From Felis catus (taxonomy: Eukaryota): a stretch of 64,000 bases of DNA. This document shows, piece by piece, positions 38,700-51,429 of this stretch. Positions within the stretch are counted from its first letter, which is position 1. Every line of letters starts with the position of its first letter. The translations under genes and the position numbers were made by a program. The notes under the pieces are model-generated. The model was not told the DNA's origin, did no database searches, and was given only the letters and a program-made list of their open reading frames with translations. The stretch covers positions 63,428,001 to 63,492,000 of the forward strand of contig NC_058368.1 in assembly GCF_018350175.1 (NCBI RefSeq), written 5' to 3'.

Positions 38700-39530
38700 T
38701 AGGTGTTAATGACTGATAAGCACAGTAGATGCTGACAGAGATCAGAGGAAGGAGGCATCTGTGTGAGGTAGAGTGACCAGCAAGCACAAACACCATAATT
38801 ATGAAAGGCAAAGGGGGAAAGGGAGAGCATCCTCTAGGTGGAGTAAGGTGAGTCATACATTCACAGGACAGTTGGGAAATGGGTCTGTCTGGGGTGGATG
38901 ATTCATGATGAGGAGTAAAGAGGGTTAGGGGAGAGAGGTAAGGTTGGAAATACAAATGAAAAGCCCTGAAGCCATTCTGAGAAGTCTGAAAAGTGTCTAA
39001 AAGCACTAAAACTAAATCAGGAGATCTTATTCTAGGCCTCACTTTGCCCCTTGCTCACTCTGACATTGGGTAATTCAGCATACCTCTCCAGTGTCAGTTT
39101 CCTCGTGCATAAAGTTGAGAGACACCAAAAGACCACTGCAGCTCAAAACGGTCTTGGCAAGACAGAATCCTGTGAAGAGAAGCTATAGAGCAAGGGAGCA
39201 GCATGAAGGAAGAAAGCTTTGGGCAAGATGAGTTTGGAACTAATTCACAGAAGCAGGCTTGGGGATGGCAAAGTAAATGTTTGCAATATCCACCAGGTAC
39301 TGGAGGATGTAGTGCTGGAATAAGGGACTAGCAAAGGAAATGGAAAGGTAGGGGAAATTTAGAAGGCATTATCTACCAGACTTTGTGACTTGCAAAAGTA
39401 CTAACTCAAATGTAATGCCATTATTTTGAACCTAGGTGATTTGATATCAATGTCGAATTAGAATAAAACTACATTAAGGGTAAAGCCGGTGTGAGACGAA
39501 ATCAAATAAAAATCTACTTTGGGCTCTGTC
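38700..39530 (-). mobile_element. Degraded L2 with an embedded MIR-like fragment (~39000-39120)
   Basis: Purine-rich L2-like body; CTCTCCAGTGTCAGTTTCCTC MIR core-like segment. Confidence 0.4.
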
Positions 39531-39694
39531 CATCCTAAATACCTTCCATCCACTGCAGGGACTGCCCTTTAGTTTCATCCTTAGTATCTACACCAAGGAC
39601 CCCTAGAGTCTGAACTTGCTAAGGACCCTTAATATTTTTCCTTTTATAACCAGCCAAGCATACTGGGTACTTGATCATCACAACAACTTTTGAG

Positions 39695-40170
39695 GTATTC
39701 GTTTTCTCTTGCTGTGTGACACTCTACCACAAACAGAAAAAATGATACCCATGTGTTAGCTCACAGTTCTGTAGGTCAAAAGTCTGGGCAAGGCATGGCT
39801 GAGTTCTCTGCTCAGGGTCTCACAGGACTCAGATCAAGGCTTTGACCCCTTGAATTCTTATCTGGAAACTTTGAGGGAAATATCCACTTCCAAGCTCATT
39901 CATGATTCTTGGAGAATTTAAGTCCTTGTGATTATAGGAGTGAGGTCCACATTTCCATGCTGGCTGTCAGCAAGGATTGCTCTCAGCTCCTGAAGGCCAC
40001 CTACAGCTAGTCTCTGTTCCCAGGGACCACACACATTTCAAGCCATGTGGCTTCTTTTGTCTTGATAGCCAGACATGGAGAAACCTCCCTTATATCCACT
40101 CGCCCTCCCACTCTGTTCTGACTTTGTCTCTGACCCCTAGACCCAGATTCACATGGCTCATATGATTAGC
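39695..40170 (-). mobile_element. MaLR LTR (MLT1D/E-like), truncated
   Basis: AGCTCACAGTTCTGTAGGTCAAAAGTCTGGGCA...GTTCTCTGCTCAGGGTCTCACA...CCACTTCCAAGCTCATTCA. Confidence 0.8.
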
Positions 40171-40690
40171 TTCTCAAATGAAATCTGAAGTCCTTGTTGG
40201 GTTTTACAAGGTCCTTTATTATCTGACACCAGGTTTCCTTTCCAGCCTCATTTCCAATCACATTCTGCTTCTCTCATTCACTCACTCCACTTGTATTCCT
40301 GGAACATGCCAAGCAAATTTCTGATTCATGCTCTTTGCATTAACTGTCCTCTGAAGGAAATGTTCTGCCTCAAAAAGAACACGGAAGCTTCTCCCACTTC
40401 ACCTCAATTGTATCACGCCCGAAAGGCCTTCCTGGAAACATCTGAAACATCCTTTATCACTTTTTCCTGCTTCATTTTTATCAATTATATACTTCTTAAC
40501 GTCTTTGGCTTTTATTTTGTATTCACTTGTTTACTTATGTATTTATTTGTTGACTTGCCTGTCTTCACCTCACTAAAATGGAAACTCCATGAAGGCAGCA
40601 GATTTGTTTGTTATGTTCCCTCTCTTGTCTTTAGCATAGTTTTTGATACGTAATAAATATCTCAATATGTTTGCAAAGTAAATGATGTAA
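40170..40690 (+). mobile_element. L2 3' end
   Basis: TTCCTGGAACATGCCAAGCA; CACTAAAATGGAAACTCCATGAAGGCAGCAGATTTGT. Confidence 0.65.
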
Positions 40691-40704
40691 ATGTTTCCCT
40701 TTCA

Positions 40705-41030
40705 TCCATAAATCATTTATTCAACTCTTATTCACACAGTTAATACCATGTGGCCATGATGCAACAATCACTGTGCCAGGTGCTAGGTGTATAAGGTAAA
40801 TCAGATACACGTGATTCTTGCCCTTTTGAAATTATTTAAAGAATGATAATAGACAAAGAAATAAGCAATGAAGATCTAATATGTGTGCTATAATATGGGA
40901 AGGGCAGTGTGCTTTAACAGCACAAAAGGGTAAAATCTCTCCAAAGATCAAAGAATTGTACCTGTAAGAATTGGCAGATAAGTTGAGATCTGAGGAAAGA
41001 GTAAAAGTTAAGCATTGGAATTAGTTTGGG
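40705..41030 (-). mobile_element. L2 3' end
   Basis: CATTTATTCAAC...ACTGTGCCAGGTGCTAGG...GATTCTTGCCCT. Confidence 0.55.
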
Positions 41031-41553
41031 TGATGATAAAGACTTCTTCTTCATTTGTATGAAGAAAACAGAAAAATTCAAACAAACTGGTTTTTAATGT
41101 CCTCAAATTTTACTTAATAACTAATTTAATTCCCAAATTATTGCTCTGATCAAGAAAATTATATCTGTTTTTACTTAGTAATCTCACTTTATTTAAGATC
41201 AAAGAAATTTGGATTTCTTTTAAAGAAAAAGGCCAAAAGAGAAACAACCCCCAGATAAGCTACTTTTTTCTTTGAATCATCGAATCGTGCACTACCCAAT
41301 ACATTTAATGTAATAGATAGTTACCAAGGATATATCATTCGCATAAAGATAAATAAGTCAGTATACCATCCCCCCAGGATTGTATAATTTTGTACAGAAG
41401 GTAAGTTCGTATGCAAATAATTAAAATACAAAACAAGAATAGAAAAAACAGTACCTTGGGAGTGGTTCAAAATGCTTTGAAAGTGGAAAAGACAAGGACT
41501 AACAGAGTATTTGGCTGGGTAAATGAGTTTATCACAAATGCAGATAGAGAGAA

Positions 41554-41581
41554 ATATATATATATATATATATATATATAT
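41554..41581. repeat. (AT)14 microsatellite
   Basis: Read directly from the sequence. Confidence 0.95.
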
Positions 41582-42563
41582 TCCAAAGAAAAGTCAAGAA
41601 TGTAAAAAAGAGAATTGAGGAAAAGATAGTACAAATACCTTTGTCTCATCTCATCTGAGATCAAAAGTAATATTTCAATAATAAGGATAAAACATAAATA
41701 TGTCATCTTGTGTATATTTTAAGCTAAAATGAAGAGTAGATTATTAATCTTCACCTGTAACTATCAAAGATAAAGTCCCAGGTTATGTGGACATTCTCAC
41801 ATGAGAAACCGTACATGTACCATTTGTTGTTTATACATTCCCCAACAAAATGTATGCAGAACAATCAGAAAACTTAAATGAAAATAAATTTCTCTGATGT
41901 ATCCCTTAATGTTGGCAGGTATGTTTTAGAACTCAATTCCTCTATTATCTTTCCTTATCACACAGTAATATGAAAATTAGAAGCCTATCCATATTTAATA
42001 AAATAGAACTTTCATAGTGCTGCATATAATTTCTTGGAAGATTTTAGCAGGAAAATATTCTTTATTTCCAGAAACAATTATATTAAAATTGTAGTAGCAG
42101 ATCTTAGGTTGATTCCTTATAACATAGTGCCATCTAGAGATTAAAGTTGATGTTGCTACAAACTACATTTACAACTTAGCTTCTAAATTCTAACATCAAC
42201 ATCACATTTTATAGCTAAAAGTCCAGTAGGAGAAACTACAGTATGATACTCTATAGGAGTACATTTGAAATAAAATAATGAGTACATACATGAGAGAACT
42301 TACATGTAATATTATCGACATCTAATCATCACATTGTATGGCCTCTCCCTTGGGCAGTATTCTATTCATTTGTGTGCTAAAATGTCTAGTAGTTTCGTGA
42401 CACACCATAGTATTGAGAGAAGTTAGATGGAGGTACAAGAATATGTATCTGATTAGATTTTGTAAGGAGACTTAACCAAATTTCTACAAAGAAGCAAGGC
42501 AGTTCTCATCATAAATATGATGTATTAAGCAGCTGCAATGGGTAAGGCATTGTACTTACCATG

Positions 42564-43083
42564 TGTATGTTTCCTGAGGCTGCTATAATGAATATGAATA
42601 TAACTCAATGGCTTAAAATAGCTGAAGTTTATTCTATCATAGTTGTAAAGACTAGAAGCCTGAAATCTAGGTGTAGGTAGGCTGTACCCTCCTGGAGGCT
42701 CTAGGGAGAATCCTTCCTTGCCTCTAAGCTTCTGGTGGCTGTCGGCATTCCTTGGATTCCTTGGCTTGTGGCCACATCACTCTAAATTCTGCCCTCAACT
42801 TCCCATTACCTCCTGTATGCATCTAGCTGTGGCCTCATCACTTCAATCTCTCATTTCCTCCCTTTATTCTGTCTGTGTATGTCTCCTCTATGTATTTCTT
42901 CTCTGTGTGTCTAGTATAAGGATATTTCTCACTGGGTTTAGAGCACACCTAGATAATCCAGGGTGATCTCCTCACCTCAAGACTTTTATTACATCTGCAA
43001 AAACCCTTTTTCCAAGAAAGGCAACATTCACACATTCCTGAGATTTGATGTGTCTTTTGGGGGCCACTATTCAATCCACTACA
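42564..43083 (-). mobile_element. Complete MaLR solo LTR (MLT1C-like)
   Basis: TG...CA termini, perfect 5-bp TSD CCATG (42559-42563, 43084-43088); GGAGGCTCTAGGGAGAATCCTTCCTTGCCTCT. Confidence 0.88.
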
Positions 43084-43119
43084 CCATGTTTTTTGTTTTT
43101 TTTTTAAGTCAGGGAAATA

Positions 43120-43350
43120 GGAGTTACCTGGGTGGCTCAGTCAGTTAAGTGTCCGACTCTTGGTTTCAACTTAGATCATGATCTCATGGGTCATGAGTTT
43201 GAGCCCCACATCGGGCTCTGAGCTGACAATACAGAGCCTGCTTGGGATTCTCTCTCACTCCCTCTCTCTCTCTGCCTCTCTCTTTGCGCCTCTCTCTCTC
43301 TCTCTCCCTCTTCCTCTCTCCCTCCCTCAAAGTAAATAAACTTAGGAAAA
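43120..43350 (+). mobile_element. Can-SINE
   Basis: CCTGGGTGGCTCAGTCAGTTAAG head, long CT tract, tail. Confidence 0.95.
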
Positions 43351-43458
43351 AAAGTGAGGAAAATAAATGGAAAAAAGGAAAAAATGGCTTAAGTTTCAAT
43401 AAGCTTACAGCATAATCGTGGAAAAGGGTTATATGCTTAGATAAGAAATTACCCAGAA

Positions 43459-43600
43459 CAGAGTCTCTCAACCTAGGCAATATTGACATTTGGGCCAGAA
43501 AATTCTTTGTTGTGAGGAATGGCCAAAGAATTTTAGATTGTTTAGCATCCCTGATCTCTACCCATTAGATGTCAGTAGCACCCACCTCTTAGTGGCAACG
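43459..43600. mobile_element. MER20 hAT MITE, interrupted
   Basis: TCTCAACCTAGGCAATATTGACATTTGGGCCAGAAAATTCTTTGTTGTG...GCATCCCTGATCTCTACCCATTAGATGTCAGTAGCACCC. Confidence 0.85.
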
Positions 43601-44420
43601 TAGAGCCTGCTGAATTCAGACTGTAGATTCTGAAAGGGCTTGTAACTGGCTCTAGCCCATCACAGCCATAATCTGTGACCAGTCCTGCTAGCATAGGGAC
43701 CATGTAGGAGAAACTCCCATGTCCTTGGTCCCAGCTACAGACCTGAAACAAGTCTGTACCACTGAGGACCGAGTCATAGCCCCATTTGGCTTGATCCTGT
43801 CACCAGCATCATACACCAAGCAATCTGGGAGCACTCATGCCCACCCATGCATTAGGTAATAGACATTCAGAACTTGTCCCAGCTGTGGACCCTGAAGTGG
43901 CCCCGTGAACTAGGCCTAGCCCCTCTCAGCAATGGTCTGAGAGCTCCTGGAGGCAAACCTACGAAACTTGGTGAGACTGTAGATTCTGAAAGGGCTCTGT
44001 AACTGGACTCTTATCCCAGCCACAGTATGTGAATGGTTTTGCTGGCACAGGGGCCTTGCAGGTGACATTCTTTGCCCCTAGAGAAACTGAAAGGGCCCTA
44101 TACATGGCTCAACCCACCTCACAGCCATGATCTGCCAGTAATCCTGAGCATCCATAGTCCCAATGGGAGACATTACCATCTGCACCCTCAGAGATCCTGA
44201 AGGACCATCCAACCCCGTCATAACCACACAGTCTACTAACAGACCTGCAAGCCTAGAAACCCAATAGAAGACATTCTTGTTGCATTCCCAGAAATCTTAA
44301 AAGGGCCCTGTACTCAGATGTACCCTCTCCAGCTACAATCTAGTCCAACCTACCCAGGGACCTGGCAAAAGACATGAATGGAAATTCATGTCACCAGAGT
44401 CAGATCTGCAGATGTCAGTT
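43601..44420 (+). repeat. Degenerate ~100-110-bp tandem array, probably an old L1 5' UTR
   Basis: Recurrent CTGAAAGGGC-like motif about 7 times; exact 23-mer AGACTGTAGATTCTGAAAGGGCT at 43618 and 43974; abuts L1 ORF2 remnant. Confidence 0.6.
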
Positions 44421-44693
44421 TTGTTTACTGATTTTTTTAAATTTTTTTTTGCAGAAGTAGACAATGTATCACAATGTCACATTTAATTTTTTGAATATGA
44501 CACCAAAAACACAAGCAACAAGAGCAAAAATATACAAGTGAGTCTACAGCAAACAAAAAAGCTCCTGTACAACAAAAGAAAAAGTCAACAGAATGGAGCA
44601 GCAACCTGCAGAATGGAGGAGATACCTGCAAAGTATATATCAGAAAGGGGCAAATATCCAAAATATATAAGGAATTCATATAATTCTGTAGCA

Positions 44694-44732
<39 letters not shown>
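44694..44732. repeat. (AAT)13 microsatellite
   Basis: Read directly; explains the poly-N, poly-Y and poly-L ORFs. Confidence 0.95.
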
Positions 44733-45415
44733 TCAATTAAAAATAGGCAGAGGACATAAATAGACATTGTTTCCAGAGAAGTTATACAGCTGGGCAAGTT
44801 TGGTTATATACCCGAAGGAAATGAAATTACTATCTGGAAGAGATATCTTCACCCCCATATTATTAAAGCATTATTCACCATAGTAAAGATATAGAAACAA
44901 TTTTGGTGTCCATCAGTAGATGAATAAATAAAGAAAATATGGTGTATACATATGGAATGGAATATTATTCAGCCATGAAAAACATGAAATCCTGCCATTT
45001 GCAACAACACGGACAGACCCTGAAGGAATTATGCAGTGAATTAAGTCAGACAGAGAAAGGTAAATCTGTATAATCTCACTTGCATTTGAAATCTTGGGGG
45101 GAAAAAATTAGTCAAATTCACAGAAACAGAAAGTAGAATAACAGTTGCCAGGGGAAGGGGTGGGGGAAATGGAGAAATGTTGGTCAAAGAATACAAAGGG
45201 TACCCCCATTCATTCATAAGGTGAGTAAGTTCTGAGGATCTAATATTCAGCAAGATGACTACAGTTAACAGTAATGTATTATTTATTTCAAAGTTGCAAA
45301 AAGAATAGATCTTAAATATTCTCCCACACACATACAAAAAATTGTCATCACATAAGGAGATGTATGTCTTAATTAACTAGCTTTATTGTTATCAACATTA
45401 TTGAATCATTTTGCA

Positions 45416-45418
<3 letters not shown>

Positions 45419-45462
<44 letters not shown>
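45419..45462. repeat. (TA)22 microsatellite
   Basis: Read directly from the sequence. Confidence 0.95.
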
Positions 45463-45465
<3 letters not shown>

Positions 45466-45678
45466 GTCATATCATCACGTTGTACACCTTAAACCTACAT
45501 AATGGTATATGTCAGTTAACTCTCAATACAGCTAGGAGAAGGGAAGAACAAGTTGTCCAGATTATTATTCCAAACACTATGAGCTAGAAGTTTAGGGAAG
45601 GAAGAAACCAAAATGGACTAGATTGTTAAAGGTTTCATGGAGGAAATGAGAAGGGAACTATTCATTGGATAAAGAACG

Positions 45679-45852
45679 CATGAGTGGCTCAGTCTGTTAA
45701 TCCCACTCTTGATTTTGGCTCAGATCATGATCTCACAGTTTGTGGGATCAAGGCCTGTGTTGGACTCTGGGTTGACAGTGTGGAGCATGTTTGGGATTCT
45801 TTCTCTCTCTCTCTCTCTGCCCCCCCTCAAAATAAATAAACTTAAAAAAAAA
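45679..45852 (+). mobile_element. Can-SINE, old/short
   Basis: GTGGCTCAGTCTGTTAA...CAGATCATGATCTCACAGTTTGTGGGATCAAG, CT tract, tail. Confidence 0.9.
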
Positions 45853-47173
45853 TAGTCCCTGGAATTGTGAAGGGGGTCTGGAAAGCATTACTGGCTAAGG
45901 TCCTCCTACCGAGAAGCACTGTGAGCTTGTCAAGACCAAGGGCCTTACCTTACTCATCTTTAAGTGCAGTTCCCAGCATAGTCTCTGGCATAAAGTAACT
46001 CTCAAAAATGTCTGTTAAGTCAATGAGGTTAAATTAATAGATCAGGATCAGAAGTGAAGCGTCTTTGATGATACACTAGGGAATTACACATTTATTTTGT
46101 TGGTTATGGGGAAATCTTAAAAGATTTCAAGATAGAAAGATAAACTGAATAAAGAAAGAAGTGGTATATAAAAAAATATTAGAGAGACTAGAAACAAGAT
46201 CAAGCTAAGAAATTATTAAAATAGTCTTGCTATGAAGTAATGGGTCTGGGGACCAAGATGATGAGGGGGGGGATTAAAATGAGGTGTCAATAACAAGAAA
46301 AAATAATTGTCATTGTTTTAGTCCTGGGTTTGGAGAAGATGGAGAAAAAAAAGCAAAAAAAAATTTCCAAGTCAGGGTGACGAAGAGAATAGATTCTGTT
46401 CATCTGAGAAAAGTCGGAAAGTCCAGAGAGGGAGAGAGATGAGGAACCTGAGATGAGAGTGCATATCCAAGAACAGCAGTTCGCTGAGATGCAGGAGAGA
46501 TTATTTTTAATTTTAGGGTAATCTTCAAAAAAGTAATTATACTGGAGAATGGAGCTAAATAAATATGAGGTGAGTTGTGATTAATTTTAAGAATTGCTTG
46601 CTAGATATTATTTCCTTAGAAAGTCATTAGATCTTTTGGGCCTCAAAAAAAAAAAAAGCATTTTGCAAAGATTTCTGGAGAAGTTAGTCTGAATTCAAAA
46701 GCATGAGTTCGGTTTTTCCTCAATGACTCTCCGTTGAGGGTAGGGGATTCCAGATTCCTGTATTATTCACACTCTAACATGCTGGCCACTCTTTCCTCTG
46801 AATGCATTGATGATGTTCAGGACACAGAAAAGTTCAAATCACCAGTTATTTTAGCATGACAAGCAAGCTTGAGAAAAAGTTTCTGTAGAAGAAAAAAATT
46901 GAAAAACCATTAAACAATTGGATTTCTTTCATTGCTGCCCATAGTTCACACAAACTGGTTATTAATGACTTGTGAAGATACCTGTATACTTATTTTTTTT
47001 CATTTTCTATTTGTAATGTTTAGGTTGTCGTCCTTTATAAGCATTTTAATGTTTTAAGTTACCATATGTATTTTTGCGAGTGTGGAACATCCTACTTAGT
47101 CAATATGTGGGCACATACACACTGAATTCTGGTGTTCTGGTTTGGAGAATAACTTTTTTAAAGGTATCAACTA

Positions 47174-47405
47174 GGGGCACCTGGGTGGCTCAGTCGGTTG
47201 GGTGTTTGACTTCGGTTCAGGTCATGATCTCGCATTTCGTGAGTTTGAGCCGCACATCCGGCTCTGTGCTGACAGCTTAGAGCCTGGAGCCCGCTTCAGA
47301 TTCTGTGTCTCCCTCTGTCTGCCCCTCCCTTTCTCACACTCTGTCTCTTGCATTGTCTCAAAAATAAATAAACATTTAAAAATAAATAAATAAATATTAA
47401 AAATA
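47174..47405 (+). mobile_element. Can-SINE
   Basis: GGGGCACCTGGGTGGCTCAGTCGGTT head through (AAAT)n tail. Confidence 0.95.
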
Positions 47406-48823
47406 AAAACCAATCAACTCTCAAAATCAGAGCTAAAGCTATTCACTCTGCTGGCATTTATGGTTAAAATTATTATGTTTATTTATGAAAGAAGAAAAAT
47501 GTATTGTTAAAATCATACCCAAGTAGCATTATGAAATGAGATGAGAATTAAGATTGACTGAAAATAATTTTACATTTAGATGCCCCCCAAGATAACCCTG
47601 AATAAATAAAAAGCTTTTTAAAAAAGAGTTCAGTGATTCTTATGAATGCTCTTTAGTTGCATACTCAAGACAATTTCCCTCAGGAGCCATGCATTTGTCC
47701 AATAAATGTAATTAATTAACAAAAATAAGTGCAATAAAAATTGTCGTCATTCTCACCAGCCCTTTCCAGAATTTATCTGAATTTCAGTCATCACAGGTGG
47801 ACCCCTTTTCTAATGCCAGCCTTCACTGGGATCCCAAATATGTACAAAACTGAAAAGGTAGGTGATTCGTGAGGTCTTGCAGTGCTTTGGTTAATCGTTA
47901 CAGGAGGCTTGCATTTCGTTTGAAGCCCTCTGGGTTTTATGCTTCAGAGCATCACTCCACAGTTAGATTTGGGATGGGAGAAAGCATCCCTTTCTTTTTA
48001 TATAGTGGAAGAAGGGTAATTGTGAACTCAGGCACATTCTCAGGCAGACTAGTGTTATGAACAGATAACCAAACTTAAAAATGTAGAAAGTGATTCTCTA
48101 AAAACCATTCAGCTGAGTACTCCCTGCGTGCACCTCCAGGCTCAGAGAAACTGGCATAAATGATAAATTGGGCAAGTGATGGGTGCAGATGCAAGGACTG
48201 CATGTGGGTGGGAACTCAACTGGAAAGAATCACCAAAGGCCAGATCTAAGGATCACTGAGACTACTGTTGCCTTTGGGATTGGAGGCGGTGTTGACTTAT
48301 CTTCAAATTTAAGAAAATCCAGCAATCCTAATGTCAGATAACCTGAGTTTAAAATATTAACCCAAAAACCTTAAAAAAAAAAAACCATATTGTGCACACC
48401 AAACAGAACAGTGTTGCTACTGATTTGGCCCAATTCGTGCTTTCTGTTTTTGATTGCTTTATTTTTGTGGTTACTTTCTGCTTTAAATAAATTCTTTTAT
48501 TTCAAGGTATGAGAGACAATGATTATAACTCCATATAACAGAAGTTTATGTCACCTCTTGATATAAACAGTACAGTTTTCTACTAATTACTACTAATTTC
48601 TACTAATTACAAATGGAATTAATGACAATTGAGAATAAATCTTGGTAGTTGTCATTTAGAAACTCATTCACTCATTCAGCCGACATTTACTGAATGTTCA
48701 TTATTTGCAAGTACATCCTAGGTATCCTCAAGATACAAATAAGAAAAATACATAGAATTCTAATTTAATATGAAAAAATTTTGCAAATAAGTAATGATGA
48801 TATAAATTCATACGCCTTATGAA

Positions 48824-49043
48824 TTTTTTTTAATTTTTTTAATGTTCATTTATTTTTGAGAGACAGTGAGAGAGCATGAGTGGGGCAGGGGCAGAGAGAG
48901 AGAGGGAGAGACAGAATCTGAAGCAGGCTTCAGGCTCCGAACTGTCAGCACAGAGCCTGATGCGGGACTCAAACCCACACACTGTGAGATGGTGACCCGA
49001 GCCGAAGTCGGATGCTCAACCGACTGAGCCACCCAGGCGCCCC
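48824..49043 (-). mobile_element. Can-SINE
   Basis: Ends CTGAGCCACCCAGGCGCCCC; T-rich tail at left. Confidence 0.95.
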
Positions 49044-50251
49044 TGAATTAGGAAATTTTTAAAGCAGGAATATAGACTCAGAGAGAAGCATATGATTATC
49101 CATTAAAAATTTCTTTGTAAAAAGTAATTTCTTCTCTAAATATGGATGTATTTGGTTCTCCAACAATGTTAGATTATGAGCACTAAATTTCTACACCATG
49201 TTTAGACAAAGAACACTAAAACCAAGAAAAAGCAATAGCCACTAGTCTTGAAAACATTTTAAAATATTCTGACATATATTTTATAAGTTTTATGGGAACA
49301 AACGTTTTATATCCAATAGAAAACCTGACATTTCGTACACACTAAAATATGAATACTGTTTTATAAGCGTACCCTTTCATAAAACCATGCTAATGAAGAC
49401 AATGACAAGATATAGAAAACTTCCATTGCCTTTCAAGTTGCATGCACTCAAAAATGTTAAGTAACAGCAAATTGAGAAAAAAAGGAAATAATCTCAAACT
49501 CCTAATTCTGCAGGGAGAGTGAAAAAAAGTTGACAGAGTTTATCCTTTTATTTAGTGAAGCTATACATAATAATGCTAAAGAGAGAGGAGTTTATAATCA
49601 AACAGACTTTTATAACCAGACCGTAGTTTAATCTACGCTCTAATTCTCAAGAGTAGAGTCATCTTATGAAAGCCTTAGGTTTTAAAGTCACTGAGTAAGA
49701 TGAAAACAAGGGACACAAAAATTACCTTTGAAATCCCTTTGAAAATTGAGACACATTGGAAAACAACACACCATCTCTTAATAAGTCATAATCGCCACTT
49801 TTCTTTCTGTCTTGTTTCTTTTGTTAAGTACCAGATAAATGAGTGTGTGTTTAAAAATCACATTGTACAAAATAAATAAACTCTAAATTCCTGTAAGTGT
49901 TGAGAGTGGAATAACAGGATCATCACAATTTAAAGTGTTATTTTGCTTCCTATCTTCCTCCCTACAAGTTATTAGTGAATTCACAAGACTATGCACGTAT
50001 AATGTGATACCATTGTAAAGATAGATAAGCTCCTTTATTCATAAATTAACGAAAATAACATCTCTTTCTGAGAGCTATTTGAAAAGATTAAATGATGAAT
50101 ATATATAATTTATATATATAAACTACTTAAGACAGTGCCTGTCACATGGTAGGCATGTAATACATCATAGCTATCATTCCTTTACTTCAGCAAATAATTT
50201 TTCTTATGAATAAATGTTAGCGATGTGAACAAAGTATTACCTTCCAATTTT

Positions 50252-50279
50252 AAAAATGTTTTTAAGTTTATTTATTTAT

Positions 50280-50312
<33 letters not shown>

Positions 50313-50472
50313 CAGGGAGGGGCAGAGAGAGAGGGAAAGAGAGAATCCCAAGCAGGCTCTGCGCTGCCAGCAAGGAGCCCAACACAGGGCTCAAACTCAA
50401 GAACTGTGAGATCATGACCTGAGCTGAAATCAAGAGCTGGCAGCTTAACTGACTGAGCCACCCAGGTGCCCC
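50252..50472 (-). mobile_element. Can-SINE
   Basis: Perfect 14-bp TSD TACCTTCCAATTTT (50238-50251, 50473-50486). Confidence 0.96.
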
Positions 50473-50579
50473 TACCTTCCAATTTTGAAGATAGGGGCAA
50501 AGGTCTTCCCCAGCCCCCAACATGCACGCAAAGCTATATTCTTAAGATAATAATATGATCAATTTTATGTTTTAGAAGG

Positions 50580-50925
50580 ATGTGTGAATATATTTTCTAT
50601 TTGCCTCTCCAGATCCACCCATTTTCCCCCCACTCTTCTCTGTGCTCTAAAAGGCCCACCATTATGGACCACATCCCCTGGGCTCCCTGGCTTTCCGTTG
50701 GATTCAACCAATAAAAGTCATGGCAGGAGATTTGAAGGGGAAGAGAAATAAAGGTCAGTGTCTATTTCTCCGTTTTCTTCCAGGCCACAGATCAGCAATG
50801 CTGGATTCGTCTACCAAGATCCATAGCTTTGTCATGTGGCTTCCTACAGTTGGCCTACATGTGGCCTCTCTCTCCTGTTTTAGAAAGGTGCTTCTTTCCC
50901 TGGCCACTACAGGTAACTGCTCTCC
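50580..50925 (-). mobile_element. ERVL LTR (LTR33-like)
   Basis: TATTTGCCTCTCCAGATCCAC...CCCTGGGCTCCCTGGCTTTCCGTTGGATTCAACCAAT...GGCAGGAGATTTGAAGG. Confidence 0.65.
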
Positions 50926-51429
50926 TTTGTTGCATGGAGGATAGATTGGAAAGGAAGAAGACTCGACACAGAGAGATGCTTAGAATTACTTGCAGACAGG
51001 AAAATAATAAGGATCTGACCAAAACAGTGATGATGTGTCAGAGAGAACAGAAATAAGATGCATTTAGAATATGTCTAGTACAAGAGACAAAATAAATTGT
51101 AACTAATAGAATAAAAGACCAAGTGAGAGAAGAAGTCTAGGATCCAGGAAGATGTTAAAGCAAGTATTTTGCTTTAACAAATGAATGAAGTTTGAAGTTT
51201 GATGCTATGCACAGACAGAGAGGTGTAACCAATCTGATTTGTGGATTTTTTCCTGGCTTCTATTATCATTCATTTGGAAATTGATCATTTGCTTCTTTGA
51301 GATGGCTCTTGTATTTTATTCATCATTTACCAGGACCTTGCCTAGTCTCCTTTGTGAGACTGTGAAAACTATTTGGATAAAGGCTTTATTTTTTGAGTAG
51401 TCAAAAATTTTAGAGCACAATTTAAAAAA

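Larger units (their letters stand above)
44440..45540 (+). mobile_element. L1MA9/10-like ORF2 end and 3' UTR
   Basis: AATATGACACCAAAAACACAAGCAAC; GAAATCCTGCCATTTGCAACAAC; GAGTAAGTTCTGAGGATCTAAT; CATCACGTTGTACACCTTAAAC. Confidence 0.88.

Noticed and set aside
38563..39042. Longest ORF in the track (159 aa, minus strand)
   Set aside because: It has no ATG start in the sequence (GTG), overlaps degraded L2-like DNA and shows no recognisable domain; this length is expected by chance in 64 kb.
43601..44420. CRISPR-like repeat-spacer appearance
   Set aside because: The repeats are degenerate and irregular, the spacers resemble each other, the context is mammalian and there are no cas genes; an L1 5' UTR array explains it better.
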